NCBI GenBank assembly: GCA_002633005.1
Contig: NMRA01000338.1
Location: 95,429-159,428, forward strand
DNA: 64,000 bases
Direction of reading: 5' to 3'
From: Phoronis australis
Lineage: Eukaryota; Animalia; Phoronida
Below are positions 41,027 to 55,300 of this stretch, piece by piece. A program made the translations under genes and the position numbers. Each line of letters begins with the position of its first letter. The stretch's first letter is position 1. A model generated the notes under the pieces. That model was not told the DNA's origin. It saw only the letters and a list, made by a program, of their open reading frames with translations, and made no database searches.

Positions 41027-43218
41027 CAATACGACCGAACACATTAGGCCACCTCAGTATCTTTATTGACATCACTAAGCCAATAGGCTACTAACGGACA
41101 ACCGAGGATAATTAAATAAGAAAATACGTTTGACTATCACTAGTCTCACAGCAGCAAGTAAGTCGCTTCCAGAGATTCATACTCACGACTGCTCGTTTAA
41201 AACGAAAATCAAGTAACTCGTAGGAAATTAGTTATATCATCGCCACAAATGTACAAATTTAAAACAAAACGAAATAAACGTGTTGGGAGTTAATCTTTGG
41301 TTCAGCAGAATTATGAACTCATTTAGGTAGACAACTCAAGTGAACACATATATGCATTCTGCGGACAACTCTAAATCCCAAATACCAATTGTGTCTACTT
41401 GCAGAGAAAAACTAGCGTAAGCGAAAACGCACACTTGAAAAGTAAATAGTCCATCTTTACTAATACCCAAGTCCACTGGTGAGTGGCACTGAAACGTGAC
41501 TGAATTACTGGCAACCGGGGTGGCTAGGGCAATCTCTGGGAAATTTTCAGAAATTAACGTGGAGGGAAAGGGGGCTTGGGGCAAACACAGAGAGCTTACT
41601 TGCAATGAACAGAGTGGCATGGTCAACCGTGTCCCTTGTTACTGCGCCAGTGCAAATGGCACCAGGCCTGCGTAGGGATGCGTTTTGCGGCATATCAAGC
41701 ACGTTGTATCATAAAAGTACAGCAAGGTAGGTCGGTGCTGTCGTCTACGTGAACTTATTTGCAACTTCCACATATTAACTTTGTCCCTCGTTTTTTTGGC
41801 TCCCCCCTTCCGACAAATCTGTCTTTTTATATTTTTGGGTCGCTTTGTTTTCAGGCTTTTTATCCGCTGCCCCCAAGCTCTTTTAATTATAGGTTGACGA
41901 GCCTTCATGGTTTTTACAGAAATGATCATAAACATGGTTTCTATCGCAAGAATGAGCATGCTTTTGATTTAGACCACATACCGTTACGAAATTGTGGTTT
42001 CCACCAAGGAAGTGACTTTAGGATTGCTTAGTTCCGCTGCAGACAAGGGCATCTCACTGGTATCATTTATGAGCCGAACAGCGTCTCCAGTTTTGCAAAC
42101 CCAGAAACCACTTCGCACATGTGCATGTATCATTACTTTTATGTTAACCCTCACCCAGCTAGTGTATTAATACAACTGCTGTTTTGTTGAGGTGCACTAG
42201 GGTGCCTGTTCCATAGAAGTAACATTGACACTCGCAAAAACGCAAGATCGCGTAAATCTTAGCAAGATATCACATTAGGAAGGAAGCAGGTGATCACACT
42301 ACCTATACTTTCCAGATTCCTGCTCGAGGGGACTCGGCACAGGTTCAGGTGAAGTAGACGTAGTTCTTTTCGCAAAGATACTGTGATGTTTGCTTTTTGC
42401 TGGGAATGGATTTCGCAGGGGGCATTGAGTCTACTGAGGTGGAGCAGAGGCTCCTGTTCTATCCAAAAGACCGTTGGTCTTGTTGGCGATAGGTTTTAAC
42501 ATCATGAGTGAAACATTACAAATCATCATGCAAATTTGGCAGTTGTCCCTATTCTCACTGGCTAATTTTGGGTGCCTGCAAAAATCTTGACTGATTCAGT
42601 ACACAAAGCTGCTATGGCCTCAACTCACAGACTTTCCAAGAAAGTCTCTGGAGTAACAGGTGTTTCTAAGGTTTTGAATCAGATAGTTTCTTGTATTCAC
42701 AGATGATGAAACAAGACACTAAAGTGATGTTCAGTCATTTGGTGATCATAAGACACCAGATGTGCCCTCTGTTGTACCGCGAGGGAGTTGTTGCATCCAT
42801 CAGGACAGGGAAGTTTAGGTGGTTGGTTCACCAAGCAATACATCTGAAAAGTTAAGTGACAGCAGGTACTAGGTTTATTCTGACATCCAAGGATCAGCTT
42901 CAGTAAGTCACCAATATAGTACAACACCATCAACAGTAAATACTAGATGTATGTATAAAATAGGTTAAATATTAAAATAAAAAACAGCAATGACGTCAAT
43001 GTCACTAACATCATGAGGAGCCTCATTTGAACATGATGATTTACACTCATTCAAATGTGGGTGCACAAATACATGAAAAAACAAAATAACGCAAACAAAT
43101 GATCAACTGAGTTGTAGCGTCCACAGATTTCTATCTTCTCCAAAACCCTTACAGAGTACAGTCAGACTTAACTAAGAGTGTGGAATGTAAGATTCACAAC
43201 CACGATTCTGCAGCTACT

Positions 43219-43373
43219 CTATAGTAATGAGCACCCCTGAATATTGCGGCCATCATCTGCTTGGGGAATCAAATCAATGTGATAATCTGTAGCCAATGTC
43301 AAGTTTGATATACAGCCACTAAATCCTGACGAGTATTTTCTCATTGTCGTTAGACCAATGTCCTTGGCACCTC
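43219..43373 (-). CDS. EGFLAM-like terminal exon
   Basis: YSSGFSGCISNLTLATDYHIDL...GRNIQGC..*; 155 nt, starts phase 1. Confidence 0.93.
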
Positions 43374-46300
43374 CTAAAAATAAAAAAACAACAGAGTAAC
43401 TTGCACAAACACACACCATAAATATCAGGAAGGAAATAAAAATGCTTTCTGCACAAACTGAGACATATGTATCAATTTCCAAACCCAAATCTAGAAATCA
43501 CATATACTTTGACTAAACAAACAATTTGACACCAATTTCGTAATAGCGACTGGCCTAAATCAAAACATTTTCATAGGAAGCACAGATTTCATGCTTTTAC
43601 TATTGTACTGTGTCTGACTGTTTTTGAAAGGTAACGTTTTGGATGGCAGGACCAATTGAACAATTTAATTGGACAAACACAAAATATGGGTGGTGACAAT
43701 CCAAATATGATGCCTCGCGATTTCTTGGTTAGTCATTATTATCCCTGTATGTGGTGTGCATTCATGAACAAATGTATATCACCTTAAACATTCCAAACTA
43801 ATAAAAATCAAACTAATACGGGTGAAGGTGAGAAAAAATACCTTCTCCCCGCTCATACAGATTTTCCTAAGTAGCCCAAAAAGAGGCCAACCACCCACGA
43901 AATTTATTGGAACAGAATGAAAGTACAAAGCACCCCTGGCCATATATATATATGTGTAGTCACACAAAATCAAGTAATACTATTTTAAGGCATGAACAGA
44001 CGTAATTGTTGACCAAATCTACCGACCAAACTAAAACTCAAAATAGGAATCATACACATTGTTACAAAAAGCTAAAACAGACTGACAAAGTATTAACAAA
44101 AGAATTTCCATTTCAATTCCAGCTGAGAAGTTGTAGCTGGGTTTACGTTGTTCAGAAGAATTATTTAAGTGACATGCAATACATTTGGTATTATGAAAAC
44201 AACTAAGTTATAAGAGTCCTGTTTACAATTTTTAATGCCACATACAGCCATAGGCTCTTTGTGTGTCTCCTGCAGCACTAACAGCTGTCCAGCTACAATC
44301 ACGCACTTGGAACTGTAATAAGACCAGTAACCAGAAGGAACTTCCCATTCAAACAATTATTTGGTTTATAGTTCCACCATACGTTGTTATGAATGCCAAT
44401 TTGTCATAATAAAGATCCAAAACAAAGAGTTCCAGCCCATATCATGAAGGAGGACTGTGATTTTCAAAGAGAGCACTGAACATGGATATAAGAGACAATA
44501 TACCTACCAATGTATAGAGGGGTTTCTATGTTTAGCTGCTTGAGTGACCCTGGTGAACTGCCTTCCACCACAGACCACCAGTCTACTTCCAACCAGCCAG
44601 CTTGCTTGTCTCTAAAACGGTACAAAAAGACACTGAATAAGTGCATTTAAGCGCCAAATGTTCTTGATTGGTTTCCTTCATTATTGCAGTTATAAAACTG
44701 CCCTTCGCTCTGTTTAGCAGCACAAAAAAGTTGTATTAGGCCCATTACTCCCATAAAATCAGTCTCATAATGTTCCATACTCTGACAGGATTCCATTTCA
44801 GTTTGTCAGTAACTTGAGATAGTTAACTGAAAGAGAGCCCCCTCATGGTATGGAGTATTACGAGATCGATTTTACAAGTATAATAACATTCAATTTTTAG
44901 ACAGTTTTTAGACAGCTAAATGGGTCAAACCCAGCTTTACAATAACTGGCTCAGCGAGTTCTCAAACACTTTTAAGTGTTTAAAAACAAAGACAATATCT
45001 GAAGATACCTGCTTCTGACAAAGACATCCCAGCATGCAAAAAACTATAGTAAAGTAACTGGCTGGGAAACAAATTTAACCATCGTCATTACCATTTACCT
45101 TTGTGCACGAATCCAGTGCCATTTGCCGTCATCTAAACGCGTCTTGTTATTAACGATGATGACTTCTCCACTGCCAAGGTTATACCCAAATTGCGCATAC
45201 CCCTCGACAAATCCAATGGCCACATAGTCACTAGAAGACGTCATTTTGTCTTCTCCACTCCAGAAGATTAAGCCATTTTCACCAGACAACTTCACGCGTA
45301 TTTGTATGTCTATTTTGGAGCCAGTTACCCTACAAAATAACATTTCATTACATCAGTCTAGAAGTAATCTACTTAAACAACCAACCTTGAAAAGAGTTAC
45401 TGGAAACGATAACGCAACCAAAGGCAAGAGCACTTGTTTCTACAGTAAAACCTTGTCAACTTTGTATAAAAATAATAACCAAAATTACCAATTTTTCGTT
45501 TGTCAAGGTCTTCTAACCTTGCTGTGAATGCCCACATTTTTTCACAAATATTTCCTGATAGAAGCTGTGGTACAGAATTAGAACACAGTAAAGCATCAAT
45601 TTGATGCTACATATCATTTACGGAAAAAATGAGAAAATAAAAATTCACTTGTCTGCCTTTGGTGATATTTACCCCAAGAGGACGACCCAGTCGCAGACCA
45701 CTTATGATTGATTCTATTTTGGATAGACTGAGATGACTGGAATCACATTTATATGGAATGGTGCTCTTAACAAAGCATAAACCGACACATGATCAGCAAA
45801 AGTAATCATCTCAGTTGCACTTGTGCACTACAGCATACATTCATTGTAAACCTGAGCACATGCAGATCAAGTGATTTCCTGTCATTGATTTCCAACAGTT
45901 CCTGTGGATGTGGTTTAAAAAACAGTTGTAAGAGATCTCACGCAATGTCAATACTAAAAGTCAACGTGTAACACAGAAGTAGGCAAAACAGTGGGCATAA
46001 TACAGTAGGAAGACATTTTTTTATTATACTGGAAAATACAAACTAATATCAAGGTTAATAACATGTCCATACATGGAGGTAAGGATTATGGGTACCTTTT
46101 TAGAATGGATTCACTGGTGTATGATAAGTAGCTATTTCCACGAAACATTGGCCTCATTATTCCTGTTCTGCTTTCTGAAATGATAAAACACATTTCGGCA
46201 TCACATGGCAACACTGAGGCTTGAAGAGAAAGGGAGGGGCTGGAGGGGACGGAGGGAGAAAGATCTGCCTATAATTTCATTTTACTCCTTTCTGACACCT

Positions 46301-49300
46301 AATGTAGAATGAAGTGGTTAGGAGTAACTGAACACGCCACTAGAATCATCCCAAAAATTGAGAGTACAAGATGTCATCTCACTTGACAATTGCACACCTA
46401 GTACATTCTATGAAGACCCTTCAAAGTTTATAAGGAGGAGAGGCAGACACTACGTACCAGAAAGGCAGATGGTGCTAGAGATGACGATAGTATGGCTCCA
46501 GGACTTATACACAAGCAGCACGCACATCAAAATAAATGCAAATATGGATGCACAAATCAGAAAATTATCTAATCAGATCCAGGATAGTAACTTGCATGTT
46601 TTAATCACTGAGCAGTGTTTCAATAAGCTCCAATAGACAACCTCTCATTTAGCAACCTCCTGACCACACCCTATACTTATATCAAAATTCATCTACGCAG
46701 AAGCAACTACATTTCAAAAATAACAGACACTGAAAGAAGAGAGACACAATACAGCAACTAACTTGTTTCACAGTTTGTGTTCTCATAACCAAGGTGACAG
46801 CTGCATGTAAAACCTTCCTTTTCAGGTAAACAGGCCCCGTTGTGCATGCAAGGCGCTCCTGAACATGGGTGCTCACAGTTGTCGATGTTGACACCACCTA
46901 GTGAGCCAGCCAGAAGATTCAGCGGCGTGTCATTGATAACGACCTGAAAATCAGTTAGTTGTTCAATCCATTTTGGCTGATTTTTACTGTTACAGTAATT
47001 CCTTTGGGTAAATGAATCTAAACTATATACTTTTTAATATGAGGAATTCGATTACAGAAGCCAAACATTTCAAAAAACCACCAATTTAGTCCACGACATA
47101 TCAGTGTTTTATTGCCGTGAAGACATTGCTAATGTAGTAATTGTTCAACTCCACACAATAAGACCTCTGATCAGATTTCCTGATAAACATGAGTACTTTT
47201 ACAGATAGTGGTGCTTGTACAAATCAATATTGATGAAATACAAGGTGGCCTGAAACGAGCTGAATTTCTCACGACATTAGCCAAAACTTGCAATGAGTGT
47301 GACACTACCCACAGGGCTTTTACACAGATTATCAACGCCTAGTCCATTCGCACTCAGTTTCCCACTTCGAGGATTGCACTAAGAACTACCATGAAAGGGC
47401 AAACAAAGGAGATAAAAATGTGTTGGCAAATGGAAAGCAAACACAATTCAATACGCAATGTAAAGATGCCACTTATATACAAATGTACATTTGCCCTGGT
47501 CATGATTGTCTCTTTAACTGCCAAGCACGCCTTTCAGTGAGTTAGGTACTGGACCATGAGAGAAATTTCATTGGAGATAACTACAATTTAATGACATCAT
47601 CTGATCATAAGATGTCGGTTTTACCAAATCGGGAATGAAAACAAAGGCCTTCGAGTTTTCCCATCTTTAGAAGAAATTTCTGTTGATCATTGACTTGTCA
47701 TATTGTGACTGAGGCAAAGTCCTCGACCTTTATCAAGGTTTTATTAAAATTCTTTAGATTTTGAGACAGAAATGCTAGACAATTCATGTATTTCAACCAA
47801 AACCTACTTCCGTATCTTCATTGACCGTTGACACTTGTTGGTAATGTACGCTATGTTCTACGTTTCCTCAAAATATAACTGACACTGAGAAATGGAGCTG
47901 TAAATAACTTGGTGATGAGAGAGTTAAAACAATTCTCCCCTCAGTTGCATGTCTTTACCTTCTGGATACACCCTCTAAATGAAGATGTCACTCCCAAGTA
48001 CTTGGACGTGTCGTCATAGTTCTCATGTCCACCAACAAACATGTCTAACATGAGAGTAAGTTGTGTGTAAGCACCGACGGAGAGGCCATGCATGGGAGAC
48101 TGACTGTCTACGACCAGAACACCATCACGCCCAGTGCGTGTGAAGACCACCACGTGCCATTCATCCATGGTGACCCTCCTGGCACTTCTAGAAACGGACA
48201 TGGAGAACACTAGTTACTGTGAGAATCGGGAGAGTCACAGGATGATAGTTTACCTCCTTAGAGTAAGGCATCTGCAGAGACAGTACCTTTGTAGCTAGAC
48301 AGTCCATTTAATACACAATCGTTTAAGGTTACATGGGACCTTATCCACTTGTAAGTGTATTCAACCAAATATATCTACAAAACTTTAGATTTTTAACTCT
48401 GAAAGTACAAAGACTGTAGAAATTCATTAGATCACATGACCACATGTTTGAAGTAAAATTTAGCAAAAAAGGAAGGTACGTCCATAGCAAAATAAGCACA
48501 TCAATAACATGACCATATTTTGCTTGATATATAAACCTACAAGATGAAATCTCAAAAACATGTTACAGTTTTCTAAATTATCATTTTGTTTTCGCAATAT
48601 GCCACTAATGATTTTTTCCATAGAAATCATAAAAGTCCTATTTTTGGATAGCTCCTCACACAAAAGTGGTAAATTTTAAAAACAATTGCTCTCAGCATTT
48701 TGGAGACCAGTGCATAAATTACAGTGCCTAAAAATTTCACATGAATCTGATGAGCCATTTCTCAAATATGTTGCTCCAAAGTTTGCCAATTTGGCCATTT
48801 TTCTATGGTCCTGCACAACCTTAATCCCATAATACTTTTCAGCACACATGGCCTAGTCCTCACACTGTATGAATGGGCAATGTGTCACTTGGCCACCAAA
48901 CAGGACTTAATTAGCAGAAGTTACAAAAATGGAACAGATGACCTGGATTTTGCACTTCACAGCATGATTGCGCTTGAAAATATGTATCCTACACATTCAA
49001 ATTGGACAATCAATTTAACAAGATACAAAGTTTACCTGTATTTGATGTAAAAGAACTCACATCCTAGAAACCATGGGCCCCGGCATTCCAAGAAATTGAC
49101 TTAAGTTCATTTTCTACTTAAGTCTAAGATTTATATCACGCTCCAAACTTTAAAACTTCCACACCCGGTAAGTCAGTAAAAATAAAGACAAACCTTAAGT
49201 AAAAAACTAAAGTCAAACTTAAGATCTCTTTCTTGGAACGGACAAATTAAAGTTTTATCTTGAAATTGACTGAAATTTAATATTTGTCTGAGCTAAGTCA

Positions 49301-52300
49301 GTTATCTTGAAATGGCCCATGTTTTCAATAACACATGCATAACAAGCACCAAAGTTTTATCACAAACTACAAACCAGCCTCTTTTAACATGCAAGATGCT
49401 GGTAATTTTAAAAGTAAGTAACCAAATCTTATTATCCATGGTACATTAAATACTGGCATTAAGTCTTGTCCACACACAGCCTACCCTAGAACAGCTTACA
49501 CAAGTGCAGCTTACCCCACTTTTAAGTGGAGTGTCCATACACATACATATCCAATAACTAAGGTAGGGCGGAAGTTGTTGCTCTGTGCGTGACAATGAAA
49601 ACCTCATGCGAGTATGGCATGCAAAAGAAAAACTGTCTGTATATAACTGCAGCTGATAATTACTTCCACCCTACCCCACTCTTGCGACCACACAGCGATT
49701 ACAAGTGGCACAAGTTACCCTAGAACAAGTTACCCCACCTCGATAATATGGAGTTAGTTGTCACAAGTGGGGTAAGTTGCAGCTAATTTAAATAGCGTCT
49801 AGGCAACAAACCTAGCAACAACTCGTTCCAGGAGTAACTTGTTCTAGGGTAAGTCTGTGTGTGGACCGCACTTTAGAAAACCATAACACTGCTATGCTGT
49901 GCTCAGTTTATATGGACAGTGGTTTCTGCAGGGATGAATGTATTCAAGGGACCTACTTCTGAGGCCTGGCATAGCTTTCACCATTGGTAGAAATTCAACT
50001 GAGATGAAAGCAGGCAGGACTTTTTAAAGAGTCAGTACAAAATTGTGTAATTCAAGATGATCCCAAGCGAACAAATTTTGTCCAAAATCAAAAGTCAACA
50101 GTGTGAGGTATACTTTTGCACCATTTTTCTCCATAAATTCAAAAATTATGTCAAAAATGACCCCAATTTCAGAGTAAAGAGCTGTGCCCTTCTATAAAAT
50201 CAGCTAGTTTGTGGTAAATATGAGGGTACAGTAAGCAGAATACACAAATTCAATTACTGACCTTAGTTAAGTATTCAGTATATCTCTACCTTATCTTTGT
50301 AAAGTGCTTCCTTTGCATGGTATTCACCTTAACCATGACAGGTAGCTAGCAGAACAAAACTTAAGAATCAACAAATTTAATATACATGAAGCACTCAAAA
50401 TACATTATCTGCACCACATTAACATACAATTCACATACAATGCAGACACAAAGAAAGGAAAGGAACAAAGAAACTTTCACTGCGTTTACCGTATAACAGC
50501 TGGTCCTGTTCCAAGGTCAAAACGAAACTCGACATAACCACCAACAAGAGCAAGTGACATGAAATCTCCACGGCGATCTGTCGTGTAGCCATTATAAAAC
50601 AAGAGTCCATTCCGTGATTCCGGTTTGAAGACAATCTCGATCTCTGTGAAAGTTAGCACTCTTCGCCGCAAACCCTCAAATTTCAAGTACGAATGACCCA
50701 AGAACTTAGGAACGTAGACCTCACCAACAACTAGAAACAACAGAATAGAATGAGTGGTAATATAATTGGTTTTGGTCGCACAGAAAAAAAAATAAAAAAC
50801 AACTGTGGTATGGATGTCCATTTTTTAAGAAATTAAATATTCCAGCTGGTTACAACAAGGGCTTAGAATGATCAATGACAAAAAAGGGACAATTTCCAGG
50901 TGATGTATCATACCACAAATATAGGCTTGTGTGATAGAAATATTTTACTGTGTTGTGAAATTTAACTGAAATAAATGTTTTTGCATGAATAAAATGATGA
51001 TAAAAAGAGACAAAAAGAGGAAACTGGAAATCAAATAAGTGGAAACTGAAACCAAAGAGAAAATCATTTTAAAAGAGGAAAGTTCCAAGCGCCGTTAGAA
51101 TGCCTTTCCAATCCAATGTTTAGAGTGAAAATAAGGTACTGATTGAGTTTGTTGCCATTGGGAGTTTAAAGTGATAATTAATTCAGTCAGACAAAATTGC
51201 TTACTTCAAATTACAATATATTAATAAATATTTCTTGGCAAATCTAATAGCAGTACAGTAAACTCCACTTGGCTTAATATAAAGTGATTGACTTATTAAA
51301 ATAAGTTACTTTTCAAATATATTCTACATAAAAACAAAGGTTTTAATGCTGTATGTTGACAATCATAACTCGTTAATCAGGGTGTTTTGTTCGCATATCA
51401 CAAAAAATTAACAGTAAAAAATAATTTGACTTACATTTACTGCAAGTCTTGCCAGCAAAGCCCCTGGGACACATGCATATGCCCCTGTCAGGGGACACAG
51501 GGGTACAGTAGCCGCCATTAGTACACTCACTACGGGCACACACTCTAGCAGAACAGTCACCTGAAACAAACGAAAAGAGCTAACAACACAAAGAATAAAC
51601 CACGATAAGATGCACGCATATACGATAAAATCTCATCAATTTGGGATATATAATGAAAATTTCGTTTTTTCATTTTCTTCATAAAAGATAAGTCACACTT
51701 AATGAAAGTTTGATCATTTTAAAGTTACACAACATTGCTACAGTTGTGGACGTTCACAACGTTGTTACTACTAACTTTCGAACATTGAAAAAAATTTGCT
51801 ATTATTTTTGTTTGAAATAGGTGATACTTTACCATAAGTCATGTGTGCAGTGAACACTGCAGGACATAAAGACATCAAGTGTTCCCCATATGATTTGTAG
51901 AGCATTCTACGCAGCCCGTATCTGAGCGTCATGACATGTACATCAATCGTCAACCACACTTCAGAATTAATATCAATACCATGTAGTGGAACTGCTCGTT
52001 TGTAAAATGTTAACTTTTACTGCATTTCTTTGACTAAAATGATTCTCGGTTAATTTCTCTTGAGGAATTCAATTCCAGATTGAAGCCAAACACTTGAAAA
52101 ATGCTAATTACAGTACTTGATATTCAAATCTAATTCTGCTGTAAAGTCATCTCTTACACAATGAATGACCTAACCACAAAGTGCGAGGAGGCAGTGTGGC
52201 CTACTCAAGTTACAACATGTACCAGACTGCCTGCAATTACTTTTAATAACCACAACACAGGATTTGGATCAGCTTCCGCAACACCAATCACTTTGATCGA

Positions 52301-55300
52301 TTAGACTGCCAGTTTTTGCATGAAACCATTGACCTAGTGCCAGGCAGCATAGGACTGGCTGGCTTTTCAATGTGTTAGTAGCAAGGAACTTCTATGAGGC
52401 AACAGTACACCACATTGACATTCAATGTTCTCATAACTCATCGACACTTCCACGACTCACCAACGTCAGCCCCATAGATGGCATCACCAACAAAGGCTGT
52501 TCCTTTCCTCATGTCATACTTGTGCTCATTTACAGATAACACCTTGACACAGCCCACAAACCCATAGTAGATACCAGTTCGTGGACCAGTGAGTGTACTG
52601 TTCACATGACCTCCAAGGAAGAAATCTGTCCGAACAGTAATCCTTGAAAATGGACCCTATATGTAAATACATGAAAATACAGCTGCATTAAGTCATCATA
52701 GTGCTGGATCATAAACAACTAAAACTAGACAGTTCGCAAGAAAAAAATAAAATGTTTAAAGTTACATATACTTGGGCCAATTTTGTGGCATTATTTGATG
52801 CTTTTTGGAAATTGCATGTTTTATTAACTGAAAGTGCATTTTTTGAGTGAGATCATGGTCTTTGGAATTACAGTCAACGTGCAATACTTAAATTTGTGTT
52901 AATTAAAGAGGGAATCTTTCACTCATTAACGGTAATTTCAACATAAACACATCACAGATTTCATGACTCACTAAATGTACAATTACCGGTATGCACTTCA
53001 CCTAATTTGCAATTTTCAACTTCTTGAAATCAAAAGTACTGTGGAGAATGACCAATGGCCAAACTAAGCTTTTGGCAATAAAACAAACAATATGAATATT
53101 ATATTCATTGGTCACTTTAGTCTTCCCAAGAAAAACCTGAATATTAAGTGAATGTCTGCATTCTTCACTGGTTGCCTTAGACTACCAAGAAAAACATGAA
53201 TATTAAGTGAATGTCTGCATTCTTCATTGGTCACCTTAGATCAGGAAAAACATGAATATTAAGTGAATGCCTGCATTCTCCAATGATCACCTTAGACTTC
53301 CCAGGAACTCTTTTCTCCCCATTCAGTTTTAGCCAGCCTTCTTGTTCTTGCCTGAAGACTACTACCGAGTTCCAACGTCTCAGTAAAACTTTTTTTCTAC
53401 TTCGAATAATGGCTTTTCCTGTACCACAGTCAAACCTTCGAAACAATAGAACATTTATGGTAAAAAATGTTAATGTTTATCCTGACTACTGCTTCACACA
53501 GAAACAGCTGTTAGAGTGCCAAATTGAACTGTTTATTGCAGTAAAAATTCTTCAATTTGAGACAAAAATAATAGCTAAAATTGCAATATTACTATTTTCA
53601 AAGAACTTCTACATTGTTGCTAACTGTTCAAAATTTTACCAAACGTTGTTTGGTAATAACTATGCCATACAAACCATGCTAGCGGCAAAGTAAAATAAAT
53701 TTTTCTGAAAAGTTTATATTTTTGTTTAGAATTTTGACAAAATAAAATTTCACTTGTCTGCCATATTGTGTCCCAAACTGAAGAATTTTTTACTGTAATC
53801 AACCACTCACATATACATAAAGACTTACATACAAACATGCATACGTCATGAGTCGGGATTTTTGCTTAGACAAGTGCCATTCGAGATGGCTGACTACATG
53901 ACTAACTGACAGAGTAACTGTTTCTTGCCTTTTACATATGATACTAAGCACTAATAACTATTAACAACAATTAGCTCAGTAACTTTGTGCAACTAACTAA
54001 TCCTCTCTATCCCTCATCAACCCTCAATAACGTTGGAGTAAATTTGAAAACTCTTTATAAAATTTGCTAAAATCAGAAGTGGCGTAGCTTAGGGTTGGGA
54101 ATAATCCTTAGGTTGTATCGTTGAAGTAGCAACCTGTAAGTGGATAGCTCCACATTGTGGCACGGTAAGGAAGCATTAGGGGCTGCTTGGCATTTCCCAA
54201 CCAGCAACTATGAATGTTTGGCAGTTGGGATTACAATAGGACGCCTGAACTTTCACAACAGGCTTCTTTTGTTTGGGGATTAGGAAACAGAGATGGGTGT
54301 CAGTGATAACCCTGCCTTTTTGTGGCAACATTCTTTCCCCAAACAATTACTGCAGACTATAAAATCTAAACTTGTTGTTGAAAATTGAACCTTTTCATTG
54401 TTTGAGCAACACAATTAGTAGACAACGGTGCTTATCAGAATGCAGTGAATTTTAAATGTCAAGTGTGGATATGCAAGAGCCATATGTGAAGCAATCAAAT
54501 GTATTATTATTGTGACATCCATGAATGTTACCATCAAAGTGTGTAAGACCACGAAACTGATCACATTTGTTCATCTATTGATATCTATAAAAGCCCTGTA
54601 TTAACAGACCTGGTGGATTCACACACTCGCAAAATCTTCTGGTAATGACTTTTTGTACCTGAATTCTATGTAGCCCTGATCAACCAGTGCCACAGAAAAG
54701 AAGTCACCATGGCCATTCAGTCTTTCCCCCACAAACAGTAGCAGTCCATTTCCTGTTTCAGGACGGAACTCCAGGTGTATTTTGAACGTCTCGTACACAT
54801 TCCTCAGACCTGGGAATGCCAGGAAACTTTCTCCCCTGAACTTTGGAAATCTTGTAGAAACATCTAAAATGCAGTTAAATGCATATTAATAACATTTGAA
54901 CATAGTCATACAAACCTTTTGCAAGTCAAAATTGCCCAAGATATGTAGAGTCTTGCACATAAGAGTAGGCTATTATTCTCTGCATGGACACACAAACATA
55001 CATCTACCATAATTACTATTTTTGTTGTTGAAAATTTTGTTCTATTTCGAAAAACAAACCTTTCTGTCATAAGTTCACAAAGCCAAATAATTTATGATCA
55101 AGTAAGTTCATTTGACGCAAGTGCGGAGTAAATGTCCGAACCTGTGTAACGTTAGGGTAGTGTGTGGGCTGGATGCCCACCAGAAATGTATTAATACCTT
55201 TTTCACACCTGTCTCCACCAAAGCCAATGGGGCAGCGGCACCTTACAGTGCCGCTCATCGTGTCTTTAACACACCGCCCTCTGTTGATGCAAAACAAACC

